Below, piece by piece: positions 49,472 to 60,409 of a stretch of DNA of 64,000 bases. The stretch comes from Candidatus Latescibacterota bacterium. Lineage in GTDB: Bacteria > Latescibacterota > UBA2968. Location of the stretch: assembly GCA_965207885.1 (NCBI GenBank), contig OZ242311.1:192001-256000 (forward strand), given 5' to 3'. Under the pieces are notes generated by a model that did no database searches, was not told the DNA's origin, and saw only the letters and a list, made by a program, of their open reading frames with translations. A program made the translations under genes and the position numbers. Position 1 is the stretch's first letter, and each line of letters begins with the position of its first letter.

Positions 49472-51049
49472 TCACATGCCCCAGATATCGATCTCAATTC
49501 CACTGCGCGACGTCTGGCGACGGTGGAATACCTTGTCCGCCCAGCGCCTGCCTTCACGACGGTCAAAGACTACCAGATGCCCCGCTTCTGCAGCGCACCG
49601 ATCCATATATTCCGAGGTCTGTTCCAGGCCATCGGCAATGGTTTGTTCCAGGCCCTTATGGAGAATTTTGCACTCGATCACGATTTTGTGCGTCTGACTG
49701 CCCTGCGGCCAGACGAGCAGCAGATCCGTGCGCATCCGGCCAAGGCCATATTCTCGTTCAATGCGTCCACCGCTGTTGACAATGCGTTGGAGAAAGGCTT
49801 GCAACAGCAACTGTGGACCGGCTTCCCGATACTCGAATCGCGTTACCCAATGCTCTGAGTGCTCGCGGAAGAAGGTCTGGAACGCGGTCATCAGTTTGAC
49901 CACATTCAGGCCACCATCGGCATTGACGTACCAGGTGGTATCCTGGACAAGACCCGCTTGTGCAGCGTAGGTCAGTTCGCGCGGCACGACTTCTGCGTAT
50001 ATGGGGTTGGCGATGCGCAATGGATCGTCTTCGGCGATCAAGCCCAGATCGCGGACGTATTCGAGGTCTCGGGCAGAGAACGCACTCTTTTCTGCCCCGC
50101 TCAAAAGCGGTTCGACAACGCGGCGCACGCGGTCTTCTTGTAATTTGTCCGCCAATTGATCCAGATGCGTCTCTCGGCGCAGGATGAGTTGCTCTTGCGC
50201 TTCGCGGATGTCGTCTGCGGTGATCATACAGAGTCGGTCTGCGGTATCACCGTCCTGGAAGCAGGTCTCGTCAGCCAGTGCATTGACCAGCCACGGCTGT
50301 CCTTGTGTCTGCGTCCAGATCAGTTCCAACGCGTCGGAGGTGAACACCTGTCCCGTATCTTCGGTGTGCTGACCGAGTAATGCATGTACCTGATCCCTTG
50401 AGAAGTCGCCCAGGCGCAATGACTGCGCCTTGATGTTGAACGCACTGCCACCGGCGATGAGCGCGTTCTCTGCTGTTGACTGGATGCGGTAATCGCGCAC
50501 ATCGCGCACGCCGCACAATATCACGCTTTGCGGAAAACTCGCCGGACGCAGATCGTAGCCTGCTCGCAATTGACGCAACACGGACAGGAGCGCGTCGCCA
50601 ATCAGGGCATCGATCTCGTCAATGAGTAGCACCAATGGCTTCGGGTCGGCCATCGCCCAGTGCATCAATGCCTCCTGTAAAGCAGCACCTGGCCCAACCT
50701 CGGCAAGAAGACCAGGCCAGATCCCGGTCAAAAATTCGTCGCCGAGTGTCAAGCGTGCCCGAGACGCCAATCCGGCCAAAATGGTGCGCGTCACCTGTTC
50801 CACATCTTCGCGCCCGGCTTGCCCACCTTCGACATTGACGTACACACAGCGATAGTCGTCCCCCGCATTGAGCAAATCGCGCAGAGCCAGCAGGGCAGAT
50901 GTCTTGCCCGTCTGCCTGGGCGCGTGCAGGACGAAATAGCGTTTGTCTCGGATGAACCTGAGAACCTCGGTGAGGTTGAGCCGTTCTAAGGGCGGGATGC
51001 AATAGTGGTCCGCAGCTACCACTGGTCCACTCGTGTTGAAGAAGCGCAT
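49472..51049 (-). CDS. AAA ATPase with a C-terminal PD-(D/E)xK-like domain
   Basis: MRFFNTSGP, HAPRQTGKTS, LLIDEID, TQGQPWLVN, RTDLLL..IVIECK. Confidence 0.85.
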   Translation of the reverse strand: MRFFNTSGPVVAADHYCIPPLERLNLTEVLRFIRDKRYFVLHAPRQTGKTSALLALRDLLNAGDDYRCVYVNVEGGQAGREDVEQVTRTILAGLASRARLTLGDEFLTGIWPGLLAEVGPGAALQEALMHWAMADPKPLVLLIDEIDALIGDALLSVLRQLRAGYDLRPASFPQSVILCGVRDVRDYRIQSTAENALIAGGSAFNIKAQSLRLGDFSRDQVHALLGQHTEDTGQVFTSDALELIWTQTQGQPWLVNALADETCFQDGDTADRLCMITADDIREAQEQLILRRETHLDQLADKLQEDRVRRVVEPLLSGAEKSAFSARDLEYVRDLGLIAEDDPLRIANPIYAEVVPRELTYAAQAGLVQDTTWYVNADGGLNVVKLMTAFQTFFREHSEHWVTRFEYREAGPQLLLQAFLQRIVNSGGRIEREYGLGRMRTDLLLVWPQGSQTHKIVIECKILHKGLEQTIADGLEQTSEYMDRCAAEAGHLVVFDRREGRRWADKVFHRRQTSRSGIEIDIWGM

Positions 51050-51283
51050 CGCTGTGTCTCCCTGTCTGATGCATTAGCTGCCCTGAATATATACAACATT
51101 GAGAGAGAAAGAGAAAAAATTTGGTTCCGCCGCCAATCGGTGAGACGTGAGGGAAATACCACAGAAACATATCGAGGAATAGACACAAGGTCAGGAGGAT
51201 TTCTTGATGCGATCTGAACCACCCTCCAATTTGGACGATGCCAAGCGTTCTCTTGGACGAGAAGTGAGAATGCTTGAGGGATT

Positions 51284-51418
51284 TGTCGGCGTTGGTATTG
51301 GGCACTTGCCGAGAAACTCATAGATCCGGGCAAAGCTTGTGAGTTGTTACAAAAGCCATTGGCAGACATCGAAAAAGGACTGAAAGGACCTGCCAGTGGC
51401 GATGCGGATAGTAGTTAG
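51284..51418 (+). pseudogene. C-terminal remnant of an ImmA/IrrE-type Xre protein
   Basis: Reads YWALAEKLIDPGKACELLQKPLADIEKGLKGP..*, overlapping the start of a PIN remnant. Confidence 0.5.
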
Positions 51419-51459
51419 CGATACGAGTTGCATGATCAATCTGAGGAAGGGCGGTCTGA
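51402..51459 (+). pseudogene. N-terminal remnant of a PIN-domain (DUF3368-like) toxin
   Basis: MRIVVSDTSCMINLRKGGL. Confidence 0.55.
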
Positions 51460-51582
51460 TAGGGCCGTATTACATTGGTCATCCGACAGCATTGTGCGAA
51501 ATACCAGAGGTCATCCAGCGCGGCTTCTCGAATGCAGTCTCGAAGGGCTTCAATAGCCACATCCAAGCCGATTCTGTTCCGG
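51460..51582 (-). pseudogene. C-terminal remnant of an AbiEi-family antitoxin
   Basis: RNRIGLDVAIEALRDC...DDLWYFAQCCRMTNVIRPY. Confidence 0.65.
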
Positions 51583-51610
51583 ATAAGTCTTTTCTAATGG
51601 GGATAGTCCA

Positions 51611-51750
51611 TTGACAAAACACACTGAATTGGATATGATATTTTTGTCACCAAACGTATAAAATATCTTGAAGATTTTTGTGACTATTAAAAGCCCCGGC
51701 GGACAAATTTTCTTCAAGAGAGTTTGGTGAAATCCGTTGGGGCTTTTTTT
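51611..51750 (+). ncRNA. Candidate small structured RNA or leader (promoter to terminator, ~105 nt)
   Basis: TTGACA-N17-TATGAT at 51611-51639; terminator AAAAGCCCCGGCGGA...TCCGTTGGGGCTTTTTTT; internal alternative pairings. Confidence 0.45.
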
Positions 51751-51815
51751 GTTTATACAGGGATGGCTGGCAATTGCAGTACCATCCCACAAAAACGACA
51801 GGAGACGCAACAGAA

Positions 51816-53618
51816 ATGAATAGTGAAATAGTCTGTATTCATGAAGGATTTGTATTGGATGACGCGGGAAACCTGATAACGACGATGTACATTGATCTGC
51901 GGGAAGAAGGCAGCAGAACTCCCATCCCGGCACTGGTCAAGGGATGCAAGCGGGAACATGCGCTCGAGGATGGGGAAACCATACTTATCTCTAAGCCAGC
52001 AAGGTTTCGAGAGTACGGCGAGAAATTGATCCGGGACGTACAAGAAGGGTTGGCGAAAGAAGAGTCCGTGACGGTGATAGCGGAGACAGCAGCCCAAGCA
52101 ACGAGACAACGCGCGATCACGGATTTGAATGAAGCCCGCGAGATCTTGAACGCGCGGATGCGCGGGGTACACAAGGAGACCCACAGCAGCAGGAATACTA
52201 AAAACAAGAGCCTCGAATATGCCAAAGAGTGGTGGATCTTTTGTACGTCAATAGTACCGAAAGATAAAGAATGGGAGGCTTGGAAAGCCACGCTGGACGA
52301 GGAATACGATCATGTATCGGAAATCGGGCAACCAGCGAAGTTCGCGCAGGCGTTGGGGCGCATGGTAACGGAACAGATCGGTCCGCAAGGAAAAGACGAG
52401 TGGAAAAAGAGCACGATCAACGGCGTAGAGAATGCGCGGACGAAACACAGGACCCAATTGGTTATGCATGGACCGGTCATCTACACAGACCGGTTATACG
52501 ACGAACTCACACGCGACTGCGATGAATGGACGAGATTGGTTGCTTCTATCTTCACTAAGAGTACGGAATACGCGGCGCAACGAGAATATCGGTTCGTGGT
52601 TCTAAACAAAGGAGCTGATGAGGAAACCATCAGTCTGCGAATTTCGGGTATGATGAGAGACGCATTGAGACGGATGGAAGGGGGCCTGGTGCGTCCTGCA
52701 CCCTCGTCGGCGGAAATAGTCGGAGAAGACCAGAGTAAGCCATCGCCACGGATTAATGAGACCAGAGTGCCGATTTCTAAGCGGACCACGGTGACAGAAC
52801 GGCTCACAGAACGGAAGGAGAGACGCTGGGAGACAAGAACTCCAGACGGGCAGGTGGTGTCTTCAGACATCGAAGAGTGGGAACAAGCCAAGGAAAGGAC
52901 CGTTACGCAGGACCACGAGCCAGCAGATGGGGATTCACAGAAGAAGCTTCGCACGAATCGAGATGATGATGGAATAGAAGAAAAGTCGGCGGCGAAGTTT
53001 GTACAGAATTCTCGAGAACAGGATCCGGAACACCGCGACGAAGAAGCCGTGCAAGAGCTTGCTAAGGAAGAACGTGGATGGAATGGCGGACGCCAAGAAG
53101 ACAACGATAGATCCATTGTAATACTCAGCGGGGCAGGCCGTTCCTACAAGCCGTTTGAAGAAATGCTTAACGATCCGGCCTTTCCCATAGGCCCAGCGGA
53201 GACGACTTGGCAGGAATCAACGTGTAGCTCGGAGGAGATCGTAAGAGCCTATGGATCAGTTGAAATCTTGTCGATGAAAATTACCCAGGTGAGGATGGAA
53301 AATCGGCAGGATGCGACAAGCGCGTGCTGGCATGCAATGCAGTGTATCCGCAACATCTACACACGGCTGGGTGATATCGTGGAGAGCGTGTGGATAGAGC
53401 GAGAAAAATTCGTCGTCATTCGCATCAAGAATTCGGAAGAATTGAAGGCCACAGGACGGATCGTTATCGCGCCAAGCGGGGCATACGCCTACTGTCTTCA
53501 ACTCCCGCACAAGGAAAACTCAGGTTATGGGGGGATGGAGTGGGGGACGAAATTTTTCCCAATGGGCGATGAAGTCAAAAACTTCGAGACGTTCGGATGG
53601 CCTGGCAAGACAAGCTGA
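51816..53618 (+). CDS. Hypothetical protein; N-terminal DUF2971/ART-like motifs, charged linker, C-terminal globular domain
   Basis: AGGAG SD; WIFCTS and FTK..Y..QREYRF motifs. Confidence 0.55.
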   Translation: MNSEIVCIHEGFVLDDAGNLITTMYIDLREEGSRTPIPALVKGCKREHALEDGETILISKPARFREYGEKLIRDVQEGLAKEESVTVIAETAAQATRQRAITDLNEAREILNARMRGVHKETHSSRNTKNKSLEYAKEWWIFCTSIVPKDKEWEAWKATLDEEYDHVSEIGQPAKFAQALGRMVTEQIGPQGKDEWKKSTINGVENARTKHRTQLVMHGPVIYTDRLYDELTRDCDEWTRLVASIFTKSTEYAAQREYRFVVLNKGADEETISLRISGMMRDALRRMEGGLVRPAPSSAEIVGEDQSKPSPRINETRVPISKRTTVTERLTERKERRWETRTPDGQVVSSDIEEWEQAKERTVTQDHEPADGDSQKKLRTNRDDDGIEEKSAAKFVQNSREQDPEHRDEEAVQELAKEERGWNGGRQEDNDRSIVILSGAGRSYKPFEEMLNDPAFPIGPAETTWQESTCSSEEIVRAYGSVEILSMKITQVRMENRQDATSACWHAMQCIRNIYTRLGDIVESVWIEREKFVVIRIKNSEELKATGRIVIAPSGAYAYCLQLPHKENSGYGGMEWGTKFFPMGDEVKNFETFGWPGKTS

Positions 53619-53747
53619 CACAGTGTTTTCCATCGACGACAACCAATGCGCGGTCTGTAGTGGTCTGAGGATTTTGGCCGTCAAGAGGATAGGTATTGTG
53701 GAAGTGACCAGTGATTGAGGTCGAAAGACTGAAAGGAGCCAAAAGAC

Positions 53748-54591
53748 ATGACTGAGAATAAAAGAGAGGGCGTTTCCGAGTCTCCCATCGAGTTTGAAAA
53801 AACAAGAAGAAGCAGTGTTGCTGGGCGTTACAAGGATAAGAGAGAGAATCCATGAGGCAATGTGTGATCTCAAACTCGCGATAGACGGAATCGGGATACA
53901 GTTATCGCAGTCAGAGAATCCAGATCAGTTTCAGCAGACAAGTGCTGCTTTTGCTCGTGCTTGTTCCATTTTTCTCAGAAAAATGGTCCTTGGAGATAGG
54001 GATGATCCAAAAACGCGATTACTCGATGATGAGATTGCTCAATCTTTAAATCTGAGGTTTGAGAGGCTCAGAAGAATTTCTCCAAACAGAATTCCTCTGG
54101 AAATTATATGGAAATTGGATGGCGGTGATGCTCAATTTACGAAGTTGGATGACAATACTTTGCAGCCGGAGGCGGTTTACAGTACGCGTATCGCACCGTC
54201 TGAACTCAAGATTTCCATTGAATGGCCGTTGCCCGGAGTCGCTGATTGGACTGAAAATCCGACCTGGGATAAGTTATGGCAAGTAAAAGCAGAAGAATTA
54301 TTTGACACACATTCAAATGATACATTGAGTTGCAATGAGTGGTTAGGACAGCAGTTGGTTATGTTCGACAACAGGGGTATATCCTTGAAAGATGTCATTA
54401 GAACGGTTGTAACGTATGAAGGTGCTCATTCTACCAATGTGTCGCGTCTCTTGCTGACAGAAAATGAGCAGGATCGCACGCCAGCAAATAATCCGGAGCT
54501 GCATATTTTGAACAATATTAAAATCTGTGGAATAAAATATTGTCATATAATCGTCATAGAAACAGCTCTTTATTTGTATAAAAAATTACAT
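53748..54591 (+). pseudogene. Hypothetical gene, frameshifted near the 5' end and truncated by IS4
   Basis: AAAGGAG SD + ATG 53748 is out of frame with the long ORF at 53794; the ORF runs into the IS4 IR. Confidence 0.55.
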
Positions 54592-55782
54592 AGTACACGA
54601 CAAAACCTAAATCGGGTTAAAATCTGGCGGATTAATCAGTAAACGAATGCATTTGAGGAACTGCTGGGCTTGTTGGTGTATATTGAGCAGGACATACTGC
54701 AAATAGTCCAACCCATATCGGAAGAGACTTTTTTCCATCCGTCCGTGGTTTTTGACCTTCAAAGGTTTTGTAAGGGCGATCCATTCGCCGATGATATGGG
54801 CCCAGGTGCAGGCAATAGCCAAAAGCGCGATGAGTTTTTCAATGCGATCTTGATGTATAAGGTGGGTCTCTTCCAGATTAAATCCTCGACTTTTCAAATT
54901 TGCAAAAAGGACTTCAATGCCCCAACGTTTTTTATACACCTCCAATGCGACTTGACGTTGTTGGTTGCTTGCAAGAATGAGGTATTGATCCTTCAATCTT
55001 AGCGCAGACATATACACAGGTAGGTCATAAACGCGGCGAGGTCTTTGTAGGCTGACCTGCTGATGGATGTGCAAATTTTCAAAGAGTTTTTTTATGGGTA
55101 TCTCTCTATCTGCCCTTGAGACAAGGGCATTTTCCTTGATGCGGATGACAAAAGGGATGTTTTGTGTGTCTAACCACGCAAACCATTCTCTTCCAATGAA
55201 TTCTCTATCTGCCAATACAACGCGGATATGAGACTTGGGAATGCGCGTAAGCACCTGTTTCATCAAATTGATACGCTCATCACTATTGGAATTGCCTCGT
55301 TTTTTTAACAAGTGCCAACACATAGGAAAGGCGACCCCTTCATAGATAATGCCTGCGGTTAGGATGTTGATATTGAATTTGCCTAACTTCCAATTAGTGC
55401 GATCTATTGAGACTGCAAAATCGGTCTTTATAGGTAATAAGTGCAAGATCAGTCGCGTCACGGCTTCATAAGGAATGTCAAACTCAGCGAAAAAACGCTG
55501 TATCCTGCGGTAATTTGATTGCGGTTTGACCTGTCCATTTAGCGCATTAGCCAATTTGGCGAAGTTGACCCTGCTCAGCTTGACCAAAGACAAGATGAAG
55601 GCCGCTGTGAAAGTGATGCGTGCTTTATGCCACCCAAAATGGCCTTGCAATACATGGTGAAGTTGTATAACTTGACGAGACATAGACCTGTGCCTTGTTG
55701 AGATGAGAAGGTTCGTTTTCACACATTCAAACCTAACTCTTTTTCACGTTTTGCACAGGTCTTTTATTTTTTGTCGTGTACT
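54592..55782 (-). mobile_element. IS4-family insertion sequence
   Basis: 14-bp perfect IR AGTACACGACAAAA/TTTTGTCGTGTACT; no matching target duplication. Confidence 0.9.
54607..55683 (-). CDS. IS4-family DDE transposase
   Basis: IDRTNW, LADREFIG, YKKRWGIEVLFANLKSRGFNLE. Confidence 0.93.
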   Translation of the reverse strand: MSRQVIQLHHVLQGHFGWHKARITFTAAFILSLVKLSRVNFAKLANALNGQVKPQSNYRRIQRFFAEFDIPYEAVTRLILHLLPIKTDFAVSIDRTNWKLGKFNINILTAGIIYEGVAFPMCWHLLKKRGNSNSDERINLMKQVLTRIPKSHIRVVLADREFIGREWFAWLDTQNIPFVIRIKENALVSRADREIPIKKLFENLHIHQQVSLQRPRRVYDLPVYMSALRLKDQYLILASNQQRQVALEVYKKRWGIEVLFANLKSRGFNLEETHLIHQDRIEKLIALLAIACTWAHIIGEWIALTKPLKVKNHGRMEKSLFRYGLDYLQYVLLNIHQQAQQFLKCIRLLINPPDFNPI

Positions 55783-57948
55783 TTAATAAAACATATAAAA
55801 GGACGAAACGAGCGCGTTCACGGTGTAACACCCGGCCCTCTCGGACCCGCAATAGCAGAAGCATTCCCAGACATGCAAACGGTTCGTTTCACATCTCGCA
55901 CAGGGAAAATTGGAACAGAAAATCGCGTTTTTCAAGCAAAATTGGGTTTTGTTGATCCCAACTTCCTCGACATTTTTTCTTTTCCAATCCTTCGGGGCGA
56001 TCTATCCCATACCCTTCAAGACAAATACTCCGCACTCATAACAGAAAAAACCGCGCAGAAATATTTCAACAAAGCCAACCCCATCGGAGCAGTACTTCCC
56101 ATTGAATACAAAAATGAAATCCAGGATTACACCATCGCGGGCATTGTGAAAAACGCACCTAAAAACTCCACAATTCAATTTGACGTACTACTACCCTTTG
56201 AACAAAGCAAGGTCGAAGACAGATGGAATTCCTACAGCATATTTACTTTCATGATGCTCCCTCCAAATATATCCCCAAATATCCTTGAACAACAATTTCC
56301 CAAATGGACCAAAAACTGGTGGGATGAAAAGCGCGAAAACTTGATCAAACTTCAACCACTCACCGAAATGCACTTCGATCAAACCATGCACGTAAGCCGT
56401 CGTAGTAATCCAGTTTATTCATACATATTATCGGGCATTGCACTCCTCGTCCTGTTTATCGCATGTGTCAACTTCATCACCTTAACCCTCGGACGGCAGG
56501 CAACGCGGGCGCGAGAAGTCGGCTTGCGAAAAGTCGTCGGCGCAAAACGCTCACAAATTGCAAACCAGTTTATCGGCGAATCCCTCTTACTCATCACCAT
56601 CGCGCTCATCGCTGGCATTGCCATCGCAGAACTCGCCTTGCCAACATTCAACGACCTGGCCGGGAAATCCCTATCCTTGACCGACGGTCTCAACCCCACA
56701 ACACTTGCCTTTCTCATTCTGCTGGTCAGCCTCGTCGGCATCACAGCAGGAGGCTATCCCGCCCTTATCCTATCCCGATTGCAGCCGACCCAGATCATAA
56801 CGAGCAGATTGCAAATTAGAACGGGCAATCGTTTTGGCAACGTACTGATCGTCTTTCAGTTTGCCCTATCCATATTCTTCATCATCACCACCCTGATGGT
56901 AGGCAAACAACTCACCTTTTTGAGAACCCAACCCCTGGGATATCAAACCGAACACGTTATCGCCATTTGGACCAGCGATCTAAAAAAAGAAAACAAAACC
57001 ACAGAAACTGTTTTTCGAGATGCCCTGCTGTCTCATCCCTCAGTGATCAGCACGACATGGCTCAACCACCGTCTAAACAACGACATGAGTATGTCAACCT
57101 ACGTAACATATCGTGGAAGCCCGGAGCAACCCGTTGAAGGTATTGGTATCGACTACGATCTGTTCAAAACACTCGACATAAAACTCGCTGCAGGTCGAGA
57201 ATACAACAGAGACTTTCCAACAGATCAAAAGGAAGCGGTCATTGTCAACGAAGCACTCGTCCAAAAATTCGGGATAGAAGACCCAGTTGGCAAAACAATC
57301 ACATACGGCGGCTTATCAAAAGAAAGAACCATCATCGGCGTTGTTCAAAATTTCCATTTTCGCTCCCTGCATCACAAAATCAGACCCGCTGTCCTGCCAC
57401 TCAGCACATACACCGGACGCTTGTTGGTCCGCATTCACCCCGAAAACGTGCCCGGCACCATCGCATTTATAAAAGAACAGTGGGAAGAAATCGCACCCAA
57501 CCAGACATTCAACCTTTCATTCATTGATGAAAACTTGGACAAACAATACAGAAAAGAAGAACGCTGGAATCTCATGATCCAATACGCCACGGGATTCGCC
57601 ATCTTCATCGCTGCACTCGGCGCTTTCGGACTGGCTGCACTCGCCACAACAAGACGCACCAAAGAAATCGGCATTCGCAAAGTCTTAGGCGCATCCCAAG
57701 CTCAAATCCTATCCCTGCTCTCACGAGAATTTATCCTCTACATCGCCCTATCAAGCCTCATCGCATTTCCAATCGCCTATTACGCGACCAATCAATGGTT
57801 ACAAACCTTCGCCTACCGCACCGAATTGGGTATTGTCACCTTCTTACTCGGCAGCCTTGCCATGTTCCTCGTCGTACTCACAACCGTCACCACTCAAGTC
57901 CTCAAAGCCGCACGCGCAAACCCGGCGGATGCATTGAGAGATGAATAG
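55783..57948 (+). pseudogene. MacB/FtsX-family ABC permease, 5'-truncated by IS4
   Basis: Lacks the MxKNY...RN start and first TM seen in its paralogs; the rest is intact to NPADALRDE. Confidence 0.85.
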
Positions 57949-57970
57949 TGAATAATGAGAGGAAATTCTC

Positions 57971-60400
57971 ATGATCAAAAATTATCTGACCGTTGCGATC
58001 CGCAATTTGATGCGGCACAAATTGTACACCTCCATCAATGTATTGGGACTTGCCATTGGGTTGGCGTGTGGCATTCTGATCCTGTTGTATATCCAACAGG
58101 AATTTGCAGCAGATCGTTTTCACACCCTGGGCGACCGCATTTACAAAGTGATTCGAGAACAACGCGGCAGCACGCGAACAACTTATGGCATCGGTACATC
58201 AGGTACACTCGGTCCTGTGCTGAAAGAAACATTTCCCGAAGTAGAAACAACCGTGCGTATCTGGTGGGGGGGCGTATCTGCACAATACGGCGAGCGCAAG
58301 GGTCGATACTCCTTTGCACTGACAGATGACAACTTTTTGGACGTATTTGATTTTCCCCTCATAAAAGGCGACTTAGAAACCGCGTTTCGGCTGCCCTACT
58401 CTGTGGTCATTACCGACGACATGGCGCAACACTTGTTTGGCGATACAGACCCAATGGGCAAAACATTTTCAATCGACGACAACAGTTTCCCTGGCGAGTA
58501 CACAGTTACCGGCATTGTAAAGGAGCCTCATCTCTCGCCAGAACTTTATTTTCAAATACTCTCAACTACAATACCCCCCGTAGAAGAGACGCAACGGGCG
58601 TGGATGATGTGGCGGCCTTTGCTATCGTGGCGTCCAGTAAACACATACGTACTATTAAAAGCAGGACAAAACGCAGAAACCCTCCAGGCGAAAATGCAGT
58701 CGTTGATCAAACAGTATATGGGGGATGAAGTTGCAGCAAAAAACGCCTACCATCTACAGCCTCTGCACCGCGTGTACCTGTATGGCAAATCCGATTTTGA
58801 CCCGGCTGCCGACAGCCCCATACAACAAATTTACATGTTGGCGGCTATTGGAATGATCGTAGTGGTCATTGCGTGCGTGAACTTTACAAATCTGGCAACT
58901 GCACGCGCTGTCACCCGCAATCGCGAAGTCGGCGTGCGAAAAGTGGTTGGCGCGCATCGCCCACAATTAATGGTCCAGTTTTTGAGCGAATCTCTACTCT
59001 TAACCTCCGCCGCCCTGCTGATTGCCCTTGTACTGGTTGAGTTATTCCTACCCTTATTCAATCAATTTGTGTACAGCGATTTGCACCTCAATGCAGCTAC
59101 AATAATGACCTGTACGCCAGCGGTACTGGCATTCACATTGTTGGTCGGATTACTGGCGGGATGGTATCCAGCATTTTTCCTCTCCTCTTTTCGCCCGGTC
59201 ACAGCGTTAAAAAGTAGCGCGTCTTCCTCCTCGGGTTCTGCATGGTTGAAGAAAGGACTCGTGATTTTTCAATTCGGCATGTCCATTTTGCTGGTAATCT
59301 GCACCCTCGTGGTTTATCAGCAACTGCTGTTTATAGACACCAAAGACATGGGCTTTGCACGTGACCACATTGTGAGTTTACCCATCTTTGCTCACGACCG
59401 TGAGCATGAACTCGACCCACAAAAACGCCTTTCGGCACGCCACCAGATGGTCAAACAGGCATTTCTCGAACACCCCAATATCCTCAGCGCGTCGGCACTG
59501 CGATACGACATCTCGGGATACGGCGGACGACCGCGACTAATCTGGCCCGATAGAGACCGCACAAAAGAACGGACAATTCGCATGAACGAAGTCGATGATT
59601 CGTTCTTTGAAACATTTGACATTCCCGTGCTTCGCGGTCGCGCCTTTTCAGCCAATGTTGCCAGCGATACCTCTCAGGCAATCATTTTGAACGAAACAGC
59701 CGTGCGCCTGCTCGGCTGGGAAGATGACCCGATTGGCAAACAGATCGAGTGGCAGGCATTGATAAATCCAACTCTGACCGTAATTGGCGTTGTGAAAGAC
59801 TACCACAGTTTGACGCTGCGGGAAGAAATCGCACCCATGGGATTCGTGGCTCGCTGGAAGCTATTTTCCTCGCTGGCCCTGCGCATCCGCCCGGAAAACA
59901 CCGCGCAAACCCTGTCCTTTCTCGAAACGCAGTGGAAACGCTTTGTGCCAGATGCGCCTTTTGAATATCACTTTTTGGATGAAATCATACGGTGGTACTA
60001 TTTTGACGAGCAACTCACCGGCAAAATGCTCGGGGTATTTTCACTGCTGGCAATTTTCGTAGCCTGTTTGGGGCTATTCGGACTGGCGGCATTTATGGTT
60101 CAATCTCGCACCAAAGAAATCGGCGTGCGAAAGGTACTGGGCGCATCCACACCGCATCTGGTCATGCTGCTCGCGCGTGAATTTCTATTTCTCGTTCTTC
60201 TCGCCAACGGTATCGCCTGGCCAATCGCCTACCATCTGATGCGCGACTGGCTCTCCGGATTTGCCTATCAGACAGATCTGAATATCTTGCCTTTTATCGC
60301 AAGCGCGATAATGGCATTGATCATCGCCTTTGGAACCGTGAGCATGCAAGCCATTCGCGCAGCGCGTTCCAATCCCATTGATGCGTTGCGATATGAGTGA
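57971..60400 (+). CDS. MacB/FtsX-family ABC permease
   Basis: MIKNYLTVAIRNL, REVGVRKVVGA, RTKEIGVRKVLGA, NPIDALRYE. Confidence 0.95.
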   Translation: MIKNYLTVAIRNLMRHKLYTSINVLGLAIGLACGILILLYIQQEFAADRFHTLGDRIYKVIREQRGSTRTTYGIGTSGTLGPVLKETFPEVETTVRIWWGGVSAQYGERKGRYSFALTDDNFLDVFDFPLIKGDLETAFRLPYSVVITDDMAQHLFGDTDPMGKTFSIDDNSFPGEYTVTGIVKEPHLSPELYFQILSTTIPPVEETQRAWMMWRPLLSWRPVNTYVLLKAGQNAETLQAKMQSLIKQYMGDEVAAKNAYHLQPLHRVYLYGKSDFDPAADSPIQQIYMLAAIGMIVVVIACVNFTNLATARAVTRNREVGVRKVVGAHRPQLMVQFLSESLLLTSAALLIALVLVELFLPLFNQFVYSDLHLNAATIMTCTPAVLAFTLLVGLLAGWYPAFFLSSFRPVTALKSSASSSSGSAWLKKGLVIFQFGMSILLVICTLVVYQQLLFIDTKDMGFARDHIVSLPIFAHDREHELDPQKRLSARHQMVKQAFLEHPNILSASALRYDISGYGGRPRLIWPDRDRTKERTIRMNEVDDSFFETFDIPVLRGRAFSANVASDTSQAIILNETAVRLLGWEDDPIGKQIEWQALINPTLTVIGVVKDYHSLTLREEIAPMGFVARWKLFSSLALRIRPENTAQTLSFLETQWKRFVPDAPFEYHFLDEIIRWYYFDEQLTGKMLGVFSLLAIFVACLGLFGLAAFMVQSRTKEIGVRKVLGASTPHLVMLLAREFLFLVLLANGIAWPIAYHLMRDWLSGFAYQTDLNILPFIASAIMALIIAFGTVSMQAIRAARSNPIDALRYE

Positions 60401-60409
60401 CCCATTTCT

